Shown here piece after piece: positions 17,537-24,000 of a DNA stretch of 24,000 bases (its first letter is position 1; the number at the start of each line of letters is the position of its first letter). Origin of the DNA: an uncultured Actinomycetota bacterium. Its GTDB lineage: Bacteria; Actinomycetota; Acidimicrobiia; Acidimicrobiales; Bog-793. Made by a program: the position numbers and the translations under genes. The notes under the pieces were generated by a model that searched no databases, was not told the origin of the DNA, and saw nothing but the letters and a program-made list of their open reading frames with translations. The stretch spans positions 392,229-416,228 of the forward strand of contig CAVYKV010000002.1 in assembly GCA_963769255.1 (NCBI GenBank), given 5' to 3'.

Positions 17537-18289
17537 ATGCCCCCTCGGCACCCGGAGCGCCTGCCGGTGGACAGCCGCCTTCTCCCGCCCACCGAGGACC
17601 AGTACGAAGAACTGGCCCGCTGGATGCAGGTGGTCGGCCCGGCGGGCGGCTCGCTCATCGAGATCGGCAGCGGCGACGGGGACGACTCCTACTTCCCGCT
17701 CATCCGGCCCCAGTTCTCTCGCATCGTGGGCGTCGACCCCGACCCGGCCGGCTCCGGGCACCGCGGTCTCGACGAGCGGCACGAGTGCACGATCGAGGAG
17801 TTCGCCGCCCGGTCCGGCGGGGGCGAGCTGTTCGACACCGCCCTCGCCGCCTATGTCCTCGAGCACGTGGCCGAGCCCGTGGCCTTCCTCTCCGCCGTGC
17901 GCTCCGTGCTCCGGCCAGGGGGATCCTTCTTCGTGGTCACCCCGAACCTCTGGCACTACTTCGGCCTGCTCGCGAAGGGTTCCGCCCTCTTCGGCCTCGA
18001 GGACCGGCTCCTCGTGGCGTTGCGCTCGATCCATCTCGAGGCTCACCACGACCACGCTGCCCGGCACTTCCCGGTCGCCTACCGGGCCAACTCCGTGCGA
18101 GCCATCCGCCGGGCGGCCGGTGCCGCCGGCTTCGCCGAGGTGCAGATCCGTCACCTCGAGAACCCCGCCGTCTTCGAGGCCTACTTCCCCGGCCGCTCCG
18201 TCGCTTTCCCTCGTCGCTACGCCGACGTCGTCAACCAGCTCGCGATTCCGGCGCTGTTCGGGACGATGATCTGCCGCTTCGTCCCGTAG
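17537..18289 (+). CDS. Class I SAM-dependent methyltransferase
   Basis: Motif I LIEIGSGDGD, followed by VLEHVAEPVAFLSAVRSVLRPGGSFFVVTPN (Methyltransf_11/23-like). Divergent from the SDR gene. Confidence 0.75.
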   Translation: MPPRHPERLPVDSRLLPPTEDQYEELARWMQVVGPAGGSLIEIGSGDGDDSYFPLIRPQFSRIVGVDPDPAGSGHRGLDERHECTIEEFAARSGGGELFDTALAAYVLEHVAEPVAFLSAVRSVLRPGGSFFVVTPNLWHYFGLLAKGSALFGLEDRLLVALRSIHLEAHHDHAARHFPVAYRANSVRAIRRAAGAAGFAEVQIRHLENPAVFEAYFPGRSVAFPRRYADVVNQLAIPALFGTMICRFVP

Positions 18290-18313
18290 CCGCCCCGGTG
18301 GCGCCGGGGCGGC
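18289..18313 (+). terminator. GC-rich hairpin (10-bp perfect stem, 5-nt loop) starting in the methyltransferase stop codon
   Basis: GCCGCCCCGG-TGGCG-CCGGGGCGGC, read directly. No U-tract follows immediately (TTTT only at about 18333-18336), so at best it is an I-shaped, tail-less terminator of the type reported in actinobacteria. Confidence 0.35.
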
Positions 18314-18351
18314 CTGGAGGAGGCCGTCGGGGTTTTGTGCAGGGGTTGGAC

Positions 18352-18382
18352 CGTTTTTCGAGGTCCAACCCCCGACACAGAT
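18352..18382. promoter_or_regulatory. Perfect 11-bp inverted repeat GGGGTTGGACC-N9-GGTCCAACCCC upstream of the acyl-CoA dehydrogenase gene
   Basis: Read directly from the sequence. It ends 28 bp upstream of ATG 18411. The T5 run lies in the loop rather than after the stem, so an operator or RNA structure is more likely than an intrinsic terminator. Confidence 0.3.
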
Positions 18383-18410
18383 TGCGGGCCGACCGCCCCG
18401 ACCGGGCACA

Positions 18411-19613
18411 ATGACGACCATGCCCGAGCCCATGGACGTCGTCGAGCTCCGGACGGCCGAGCTCCTCGACTCGGCCGACCCTCGCCACACCGACACCGTC
18501 GAGTTCCGGCGCCGCCAGTACGAGCTCGGGCTGGCGTGGGTCCACTTCCCGCCCGGCTTCGGCGGCCTCGGGTTGGCGCCGGCGCTGCAGCGCCAGGTCG
18601 ACCGGCGCCTCGCCCTGGCCGGCGCCCGCCCACACGGCCCGCTCGAGTTCTTCGGGCTCGCCATGGCCGGGCCGACGCTCGTCACCCACGGTTCCGACGA
18701 GCTCCGTAGCCGGCTCCTGCCCCGCATGTTCAGCGGGGAGGACGCCTGGTGCCAGCTCTTCAGCGAGCCCGGAGCCGGCTCCGACCTGGCGGGCCTCGCT
18801 ACGAGGGCGGTGCGCGACGGCGACGAGTGGGTCGTCACGGGCCAGAAGGTCTGGAACACGCTCGCCCATGTGGCCGACCGGGGCATGCTCGTGACCCGCA
18901 CCGACCCTCAGGCTCCCAAGCACAAGGGCCTCACCTACTTCGCCCTCGACATGCACGCCGAGGGGGTCGAGGTCCTGCCCCTGCGCCAGATGACGGGCGA
19001 GGCGGAATTCAACGAGGTCTACCTCACCGAGGTGCGCGTCCCCGAGGCCGACCGCGTCGGTGACGTCGGTGACGGCTGGCGCGTCTCCATGAGCACGCTC
19101 ATGAACGAGCGCACCTCCATCGGCGGCAGTGGGGCGCCGGCGCGGGGCTCCGGAGCGATCGCCGAGGCCGTGCGCATCTGGCGGGACGAGCCGGGCGACC
19201 GCGGCGTCGTGCAGCGCGACCGCCTGATGCGGCTCTGGGCGGAGTCCGAGGTGCTCCGCCTCACGAACCTGCGGGCGGGCGACAACCGCAGGGCCGGCAA
19301 CCCGGGGCCGGAGGGGTCGATCGCCAAGCTGCGTTTTGCCGAGGTCAACCAGCGCATCTACGAGCTCTGCGTCGACCTGCTCGGGGCCGGCGCCCTCACG
19401 GGCTACGACTACGCCATGCGCCGCAGCGGGCACCTCGGCCTCACGGGCGGTGCCGGCTCGTCGCGCAAGATGTTCCTGCGTTCGCGGGCGAACTCCATCG
19501 AAGGTGGCACGTCCGAGATCCAGCGGAACATCCTCGGCGAACGAGTGCTCGGCCTCCCCGGCGACGTCCGCGCCGACAAGGACATTCCCTGGTCGGAGGT
19601 TGCTCGCTCCTGA
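18411..19613 (+). CDS. Acyl-CoA dehydrogenase (FadE-like)
   Basis: 400 aa. Reads ...CQLFSEPGAGSDLAGLATRAVRDGDEWVVTGQKVWNT...GLTYFALDM...GDGWRVSMSTLMNER...SIEGGTSEIQRNILGERVLGLP, typical ACAD N/M/C-domain motifs. Confidence 0.9.
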   Translation: MTTMPEPMDVVELRTAELLDSADPRHTDTVEFRRRQYELGLAWVHFPPGFGGLGLAPALQRQVDRRLALAGARPHGPLEFFGLAMAGPTLVTHGSDELRSRLLPRMFSGEDAWCQLFSEPGAGSDLAGLATRAVRDGDEWVVTGQKVWNTLAHVADRGMLVTRTDPQAPKHKGLTYFALDMHAEGVEVLPLRQMTGEAEFNEVYLTEVRVPEADRVGDVGDGWRVSMSTLMNERTSIGGSGAPARGSGAIAEAVRIWRDEPGDRGVVQRDRLMRLWAESEVLRLTNLRAGDNRRAGNPGPEGSIAKLRFAEVNQRIYELCVDLLGAGALTGYDYAMRRSGHLGLTGGAGSSRKMFLRSRANSIEGGTSEIQRNILGERVLGLPGDVRADKDIPWSEVARS

Positions 19614-19632
19614 GCAGGCGGCCCGAGGTGAC

Positions 19633-20574
19633 TCAGCGGCCGGTCGGGTGCACGTGCGTGACCGTGCCGTTGCCGTCTCGCCAGCCCCGGGCCATGGCCT
19701 CGGAGTTGAAGCTGGCGGCAAAGGTCCCGTCGGCGGCGAGGGCGATGCCACCCCCGTCGCCTCCGAGCCGGGCGACGGCGTCGAGGGCCGCTTCCACGGC
19801 CGCTGCGAGCCCGACGCCCTGCCGCATCGCCCAGTCGATCCGATGGCCGAAACCCGCCACGACGAACGCCTCGCCCGCCCCCGTGGCCGAGACGGCCGCC
19901 GTTGCCGAGTCCGCCCACACACCTGCTCCCGGGATGGGCGTGTCGCCCACGCGTCCAGGGCGCTGGCCGGCGCGGCCACCGGTGCTCGTGGCAGCGGCCA
20001 CGCCACCGCCGGCATCGACGGCGACGGCACCGACCGTCCCCTCCGCCGACCCGACGGCCTCGCGGTCCTCCGTCTCTCGCGTGGAGGCTTCCAACATCTC
20101 CGCCGTCATCGGGTCGAAGCGCCACGACTCGGCAAACCGGTCGGCACCCGGACCGGCGAGCAGCACGGGCCCGTCGGGAGCGCCCCCGATCTCCGCCACC
20201 TTGCGAGCCACCCGCACCGGGTTCGCCGGCCACGTGGCGGCGCAGATCGCACCGACCTTCCCGGTCGTGCCGTCCATGACGCCGGCGTCGAACTCGTAGG
20301 CGCCCTCCAAGGTCGGCACCGCTCCCCTGCCCGAGTTGAAGCGGCCGCTGTCCTCGAACCAGGCGACGGCCTCCACGACCGCCGCGAGGGCGTCTCCTCC
20401 CGCCGCCAGCACCGCCCAGCCGGCGCCGAGGGCGGCCCCGAGGCCGGCCTCGACCCGTTGGACGGCGGCGGCTGACTGCAGGCGGTCGAAGCGCCCGGCC
20501 CCGCCGTGCACGACGATCGCCGGCAAGGACAGCCGGCCCACGTCCGCCGAGGTCGGACGCTTGCTCGCACTCAT
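19633..20574 (-). CDS. Isoaspartyl peptidase / L-asparaginase (Ntn hydrolase, Asparaginase_2 family)
   Basis: AGGAAGG lies about 8 nt upstream of ATG 20574. Reads VVHGGAG...FNSGRG...DAGVMDG...GTVGAVAVD (autoprocessing Thr)...TSTGG...GAGVWAD. Confidence 0.85.
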   Translation of the reverse strand: MSASKRPTSADVGRLSLPAIVVHGGAGRFDRLQSAAAVQRVEAGLGAALGAGWAVLAAGGDALAAVVEAVAWFEDSGRFNSGRGAVPTLEGAYEFDAGVMDGTTGKVGAICAATWPANPVRVARKVAEIGGAPDGPVLLAGPGADRFAESWRFDPMTAEMLEASTRETEDREAVGSAEGTVGAVAVDAGGGVAAATSTGGRAGQRPGRVGDTPIPGAGVWADSATAAVSATGAGEAFVVAGFGHRIDWAMRQGVGLAAAVEAALDAVARLGGDGGGIALAADGTFAASFNSEAMARGWRDGNGTVTHVHPTGR

Positions 20575-20770
20575 GGCGGGCACCTTCCTGCCAGGGTCAT
20601 GGTCAGGCTGACGTTACCCCGCGAGGTGACGTCCTCCGGGGTGGCGAGGATGCCGGTGGCGGGAATGCGGCGTGCCGGCCGGGTGCCGGCCCGAAGGGCG
20701 GAAGGATGTCGTCCGTGGGGTGCGCGGCGCGGGCGAGGTCGGCCGGGGCCCCGGCGCGGGCGTCGGCGGG

Positions 20771-21721
20771 ATGACGCGCCGCGGCTGGCTGCTCTTCGCG
20801 GCCATGGGGATCATCTGGGGGCTGCCCTACCTCCTCATCAAGGTGGCCGTGAGGGAAGTGAGCCCCGCCTTCCTCGTGCTCCTGCGCACGGGGGGCGCCG
20901 CCGTCGTGCTGCTGCCGATCGCCATCGCCCGCCGGCAGCTCCGCCCGGTGCTCGCCCTCTGGCGCCCCCTCGCCGCGTACACGCTCTGCGAGATGGGGAT
21001 TCCCTGGATCCTCCTCTTCCATGCCGAGCAGAAGCTGCCCAGCTCGCTGTCCGGCCTCCTCGTGGCGGCCGTCCCACTCGTCGGCGCCGTGCTGGCTTGG
21101 CTGACGGGCTCCGAACGGGTGGAAGCACGACGCGTCCTCGGCCTCGTCATCGGCCTCGGCGGCGTCGCCGTGCTCGTCGGGGTCGACGTGGCCGGCGCCG
21201 ACCTCTGGGCGGCGTTGTCGATGGTCGGGGTCGTCGTCGGCTACGCCATCGGGCCCTGGATCGTGGCCCACCACCTCCAGAGCGCCCCGCCCCTCGGGCT
21301 CGTGACCGGCTCGCTCGTCCTGTGCGCCGTCGCCTACGTCCCCATCGCCCTCTTCCAGCTGCCGCACCATGCCCTCCACGCCGCCGAGATCGAGTCGATC
21401 ATCGGCCTCACGGTGGTGTGCACGGCCATCGCCTTCGTCGTCTTCTTCGCCCTCATCGGCGAGGTGGGCGCCTACCGGGCGACGGTCATCACCTACGTCA
21501 ACCCGGCGATCGCCGTGCTCCTCGGCGTCAGCGTGCTGGGCGAGGCGTTCGGGGTGGCCACGGCTGCCGGCTTTGCCCTCATCATCGTGGGCTGCTTCTT
21601 CGCCACCGGCCGGGCCAGCCGCCTGCGCTCGGACGACGAGCGGGAGGCTGTCGGGATCGAGTCAGGCGGCCCGGCGGATCCCGCCGCCTCGGCCACTCCG
21701 ATCGTCGGAACGGAGCGCTGA
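20771..21721 (+). CDS. EamA/DMT-superfamily transporter
   Basis: From ATG 20771: MTRRGWLLFAAMGIIWGLPYLLIKVAV.... About ten hydrophobic helices in two EamA-like halves. The upstream part of the track ORF is Arg/Gly-rich non-coding read-through. Confidence 0.85.
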   Translation: MTRRGWLLFAAMGIIWGLPYLLIKVAVREVSPAFLVLLRTGGAAVVLLPIAIARRQLRPVLALWRPLAAYTLCEMGIPWILLFHAEQKLPSSLSGLLVAAVPLVGAVLAWLTGSERVEARRVLGLVIGLGGVAVLVGVDVAGADLWAALSMVGVVVGYAIGPWIVAHHLQSAPPLGLVTGSLVLCAVAYVPIALFQLPHHALHAAEIESIIGLTVVCTAIAFVVFFALIGEVGAYRATVITYVNPAIAVLLGVSVLGEAFGVATAAGFALIIVGCFFATGRASRLRSDDEREAVGIESGGPADPAASATPIVGTER

Positions 21722-21724
21722 TCC

Positions 21725-22513
21725 TCAGACGGGCTCGCCCGAGTGGACGAAGATGTCGCCCGAGACGGTGCGGCAGGAGACTCGGAGGGCGGCTTCCCGC
21801 TCACCCTCGGCCCCGGCTGGCAGCGTGCACTTCCAGTCGCCCGTCACGGACACGAGATCGAGCCACGTCCCCACGCCGGAGCCGACCCCGATTCGCACGT
21901 CGCCGGAGACGGCGTTGACGGTGAGGTCGCCCTCGTAGGCGCACCCCACGGTGACCTCGCCCGATGCGGTGCGGAAGCGGGCGTCGTGGGCCACGGAGGC
22001 CACGCGGATGTCGCCGCTCGCCGTCGTCACGGTGGCTCGGCCGCCGATGCTCTCCGTGCTGACGTCGCCGCTCGCCGTCTGCAGCTCCGCCTCCCCGAGC
22101 ACGCCGGCGAGGCTGACGTCGCCGCTCGCCGTGACGATCCGCGCTGAGTCGCAGCCGTCGCGCACGACGACGTCGCCACTCGCCGTCCGTGCCTCGAAGC
22201 TGCCGAGGGCCCCGACGCAGGAGACGTCGGCGGAGGCGGTCTTCACCCGAGCCGACGAGGAGGTCGGGACGACCACGCGCAGGAAGAGCTCCGGCTCCCG
22301 GAAACTGCGCTTCGGGAGCTTGACGAGAAGACGTCCGTTGTCGCAGATGACCGTGGCATTGGCGATGTGCTCCCGTGCCGCCGCCGAGTCGCGCCCGATC
22401 GGTTCGAGGCGGATCGTCGCCTCGTCGGTCGGGGTCAGCTCGAGCTCGACGCTACCTGCCGCCAGTTCGAGGTCGGCGTGCAGGGGGCTGCCGGTTGGAA
22501 ACGTCCACTCCAT
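21725..22513 (-). CDS. DUF4097 (toastrack) beta-strand repeat protein
   Basis: 262 aa with the motif TASGDV/TASGDI/TASGEV/SGDV repeated every 18 aa, as in DUF4097 proteins. AAAGGA lies about 9 nt upstream of ATG 22513. Confidence 0.8.
   Translation of the reverse strand: MEWTFPTGSPLHADLELAAGSVELELTPTDEATIRLEPIGRDSAAAREHIANATVICDNGRLLVKLPKRSFREPELFLRVVVPTSSSARVKTASADVSCVGALGSFEARTASGDVVVRDGCDSARIVTASGDVSLAGVLGEAELQTASGDVSTESIGGRATVTTASGDIRVASVAHDARFRTASGEVTVGCAYEGDLTVNAVSGDVRIGVGSGVGTWLDLVSVTGDWKCTLPAGAEGEREAALRVSCRTVSGDIFVHSGEPV
21953..22241 (-). repeat. Intragenic 54-bp periodic repeat inside the DUF4097 gene
   Basis: Plus-strand cores start at 21953, 22007, 22061, 22115, 22169 and 22223, exactly 54 bp apart. 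Copies at 22061 and 22115 share the identical 18-mer GACGTCGCCGCTCGCCGT. Copies at 22007 and 22169 each differ from it by one base. Confidence 0.75.
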
Positions 22514-22630
22514 GGTCCTTGTCCTTTCCCGTGTCGACGGAGCACTGGCACGAATCTGCGGTCGGCGGGCGGGCGGCGACCTGGCGGGGGGGCGGGGGCG
22601 GCACCGTGCCCGAGATCATCCACATGGCCG

Positions 22631-23101
22631 CTACCCCCTCACGAACCCGGTCATGCGCCGTGACCCCCGGCGCGGTGACGGCGGTAGGCGGAGCGCCTGT
22701 ACGACGGCGTCGACCAGCCAGCTGTTGAGGGAGACGCCGTCTCGCATGGCGGCCCGCTCCGCCTGACCCTTCAGTCCCTCCGGCATGCGAAGCGTGACGC
22801 GGGCAACCTCCTCCTCGCCGCGTTCGGCGCCCTCGCCGTCGCCGGAGCCGCTCGCCATGGTGGCCATGGAGAGCGTGAGCACCGGGTCGCTCCCCTGCAG
22901 CCGCACCTCGACGGAGGTGCCGGGCAGGGAGGCGCTCAGCTCGTCGGCCGCCTGCTGCAGGGCGTCGAGCAGCCGCAAGCGGACGGAGGAGGCAAGCGAC
23001 TCGACGAGGGCGTCGGCGATTCGCCGCGTATCGTCGCCCCCGACGGCGGCCGCCCGGCGCAGGTCCTCTTCGAGCCCCTCGACGATCGGTGCCAGCAGCA
23101 T
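22631..23101 (-). CDS. Ribbon-helix-helix (HicB/Arc-like) domain protein, partner of the DUF4097 gene
   Basis: 156 aa. The C-terminal part VARVTLRMPEGLKGQAERAAMRDGVSLNSWLVDAVVQAL has the beta-strand/helix/helix RHH pattern. The N-terminal helical region (EGLEEDLRRAAAVGGDDTRRIADALV...) and the short basic tail ending TGFVRG resemble actinobacterial proteins I recall being annotated as HicB-family antitoxin next to DUF4097 genes. That recollection is from memory and is not verified. Confidence 0.6.
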   Translation of the reverse strand: MLLAPIVEGLEEDLRRAAAVGGDDTRRIADALVESLASSVRLRLLDALQQAADELSASLPGTSVEVRLQGSDPVLTLSMATMASGSGDGEGAERGEEEVARVTLRMPEGLKGQAERAAMRDGVSLNSWLVDAVVQALRLPPSPRRGSRRMTGFVRG

Positions 23102-23121
23102 GACGTCATTATGACATCATT
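23100..23121. promoter_or_regulatory. Tandem 11-bp repeat ATGACGTCATT / ATGACATCATT (first copy contains the 10-bp perfect palindrome ATGACGTCAT) at the RHH gene start
   Basis: Read directly from the sequence. It is the most AT-rich patch in this neighbourhood. On the minus strand, CATAAT (23113-23108) lies 6 nt upstream of the RHH ATG (23101-23099). This is compatible with a leaderless transcript whose -10 element sits inside the repeat. Confidence 0.4.
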
Positions 23122-23205
23122 CGCGGCGTCAGTCAAGCGTCTCGTCGACGTCGATCCGCCGCACCGCCCCGGCACGAGCAGGCCGGCAACGGTACGATCC
23201 GGCCC

Positions 23206-24000
23206 GTGGAGCCGGGGCACGACGCCCGCCCGACGGCGACCGGGAGCCCGGCAGAGGGCGAGCCGCCGGCCGAGGCGCTGGATACCGCCGCGACGCCGGG
23301 CGGGGAGCCTCTCGCGGCGCCCGACGGGGAGTTGGCCGCCGACCTGTCGACGGCGGAGGAACCACCGCCCGAGAACGGGCAGGCCCCCGACGAGGAGGCG
23401 TCCGAGGAGCAAGGCCCCGACGGTGCCGGGGACGCCGAGGACGACGTGGACGCCGCCGAAGCCCCCGCCCCCGACCCGGCGGCCGAGGAGCTCGTGAAGC
23501 GACTGCTCGACAACGCCCCCGCCATGATCACCGTCCTCAACGAGGACATCAGCTGGCGGTACTCCAACGCCTCGGCCGAGCGACTGCTCGGTCCACTGCC
23601 GGACGACCTCGATCCCGAGCTCGGCGTGCTCAGCCTCCTCCACGACGACGACGTCCCTCTCGTGCTCCAGCTCCTGGAGCGCATCCGGGCCGGCGAGCTG
23701 CCGCCCGACGAGACCTTCGAGGTGCGCGTGCGGACGTCCGGCGGCGACTGGCGTTACCTCGAGAACACCGCCGTCAACCTCATCGACGATCCCGTCGTGC
23801 ACGGCATCGTCGTCCGCTCGACGGACGTGACGGACGCCAGGCAGGCCACCCTCCGCCTGCGCGAAGCGAACGAGCGGCTCAGCACCCTCATCGGTTCCCT
23901 CCACATCGCCGCCCTCGTGGAGGACACCGACCGGGTCATCGTCCTCACGAACGAGGCGTTCGTCGATCTCTTCGAGTTGTCCGTCACCCCCGGCCGGCTC
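23206..24000 (+). CDS. PAS-domain sensor protein, N-terminal part (3' end outside window)
   Basis: Frame 1 is open from 23104 to the window end and is missing from the ORF track because it has no stop. GC3 becomes high from about 23200, and the first in-frame start candidate is GTG 23206. An acidic Pro/Glu/Asp-rich N-terminus is followed by LVKRLLDNAPAMITVLNEDISWRYSNASAERLLG...FEVRVRTSGGDWRYLENTAVNLIDDPVVHGIVVRSTDVTD (PAS). A second PAS-like start follows (LIGSLHIAALVEDTDRVIVLTNEAFVDLF). Confidence 0.7.
   Translation, partial: MEPGHDARPTATGSPAEGEPPAEALDTAATPGGEPLAAPDGELAADLSTAEEPPPENGQAPDEEASEEQGPDGAGDAEDDVDAAEAPAPDPAAEELVKRLLDNAPAMITVLNEDISWRYSNASAERLLGPLPDDLDPELGVLSLLHDDDVPLVLQLLERIRAGELPPDETFEVRVRTSGGDWRYLENTAVNLIDDPVVHGIVVRSTDVTDARQATLRLREANERLSTLIGSLHIAALVEDTDRVIVLTNEAFVDLFELSVTPGRL

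Noticed and set aside
20609-20632. Recurring TGACGT/GACGTC half-sites (here, at 4694-4707, 14297-14319 and 23101-23108) as a shared regulon motif
   Set aside because: GACGTC is a very common Asp-Val codon pair and a frequent hexamer throughout this GC-rich sequence. The sites differ in spacing and symmetry, so a common regulator is not supported.
16691-21918. Long ORFs 16691..18901 -, 16816..18414 +, 18231..20030 -, 19336..20475 +, 20506..21918 +
   Set aside because: The reasoning is the same: Arg/Pro/Gly-rich low-complexity translations overlapping confidently assigned genes (SDR, methyltransferase, ACAD, asparaginase, EamA). No independent coding signal is visible.
22567-22598. G-tract cluster (GGG, GGG, G7, G5) between the RHH and DUF4097 genes as a possible G-quadruplex
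   Set aside because: The central loop would be 12 nt. The tracts lie on the non-transcribed (plus) strand relative to the flanking genes, and such G-runs are expected by chance at this GC content. There is no supporting feature.
22631-23101. Interpreting the HicB-like RHH protein as the antitoxin of a toxin-antitoxin system
   Set aside because: No HicA-like or other small toxin ORF is adjacent. The downstream partner is a 262-aa DUF4097 repeat protein, and the RHH protein has a long extra N-terminal domain.
23111-23497. 128-aa ORF starting at ATG 23111 inside the operator-like repeat
   Set aside because: The translation is Arg/Pro-rich (RRRPGARQRASRRPRRW...), typical of a wrong frame. Frame 1 over the same DNA has high GC3 and continues into clear PAS domains.

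Overview
Very GC-rich, gene-dense window that reads as core Actinomycetota chromosome. I saw no transposases, integrases, CRISPR arrays or recognisable defence genes. Left to right: (1) Purine operon purC (3' end)-purS-purQ-purL with GTGA start/stop overlaps, and a small basic protein gene on the opposite strand between purQ and purL. (2) A hotdog thioesterase divergent from a thiolase. (3) The classical actinobacterial division/cell-wall signalling locus: crgA, trpG/pabA-type amidotransferase, pknB, pbpA, pstP, fhaB, fhaA, tRNA-Leu(CAG). It is a reduced version lacking rodA and pknA. (4) A ResA/TlpA-like thiol-disulfide oxidoreductase divergent from ccdA, then a PqqC/CADD-like protein, an SDR, a SAM methyltransferase, an acyl-CoA dehydrogenase, an isoaspartyl peptidase/asparaginase and an EamA transporter. 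(5) A ribbon-helix-helix protein plus DUF4097 (toastrack) gene pair, divergent from a PAS-domain protein that runs off the right edge. Main observations: three conserved genes (purQ, fhaB, ccdA) are each broken by one apparent +1 frameshift, and two of these can be placed on the G of a GATC. PknB carries an extra C-terminal He_PIG/cadherin-like Ig domain after four PASTA repeats. PstP ends in a long Thr/Ser-rich tail and its stop overlaps the pbpA start, leaving no room for rodA. A tandem 11-bp operator-like repeat covers the start of the RHH gene. I did not find a convincing new multi-gene system. The best uncharacterised candidate is the RHH/DUF4097/PAS corner at 21.7-24 kb, and its novelty cannot be judged without database searches.
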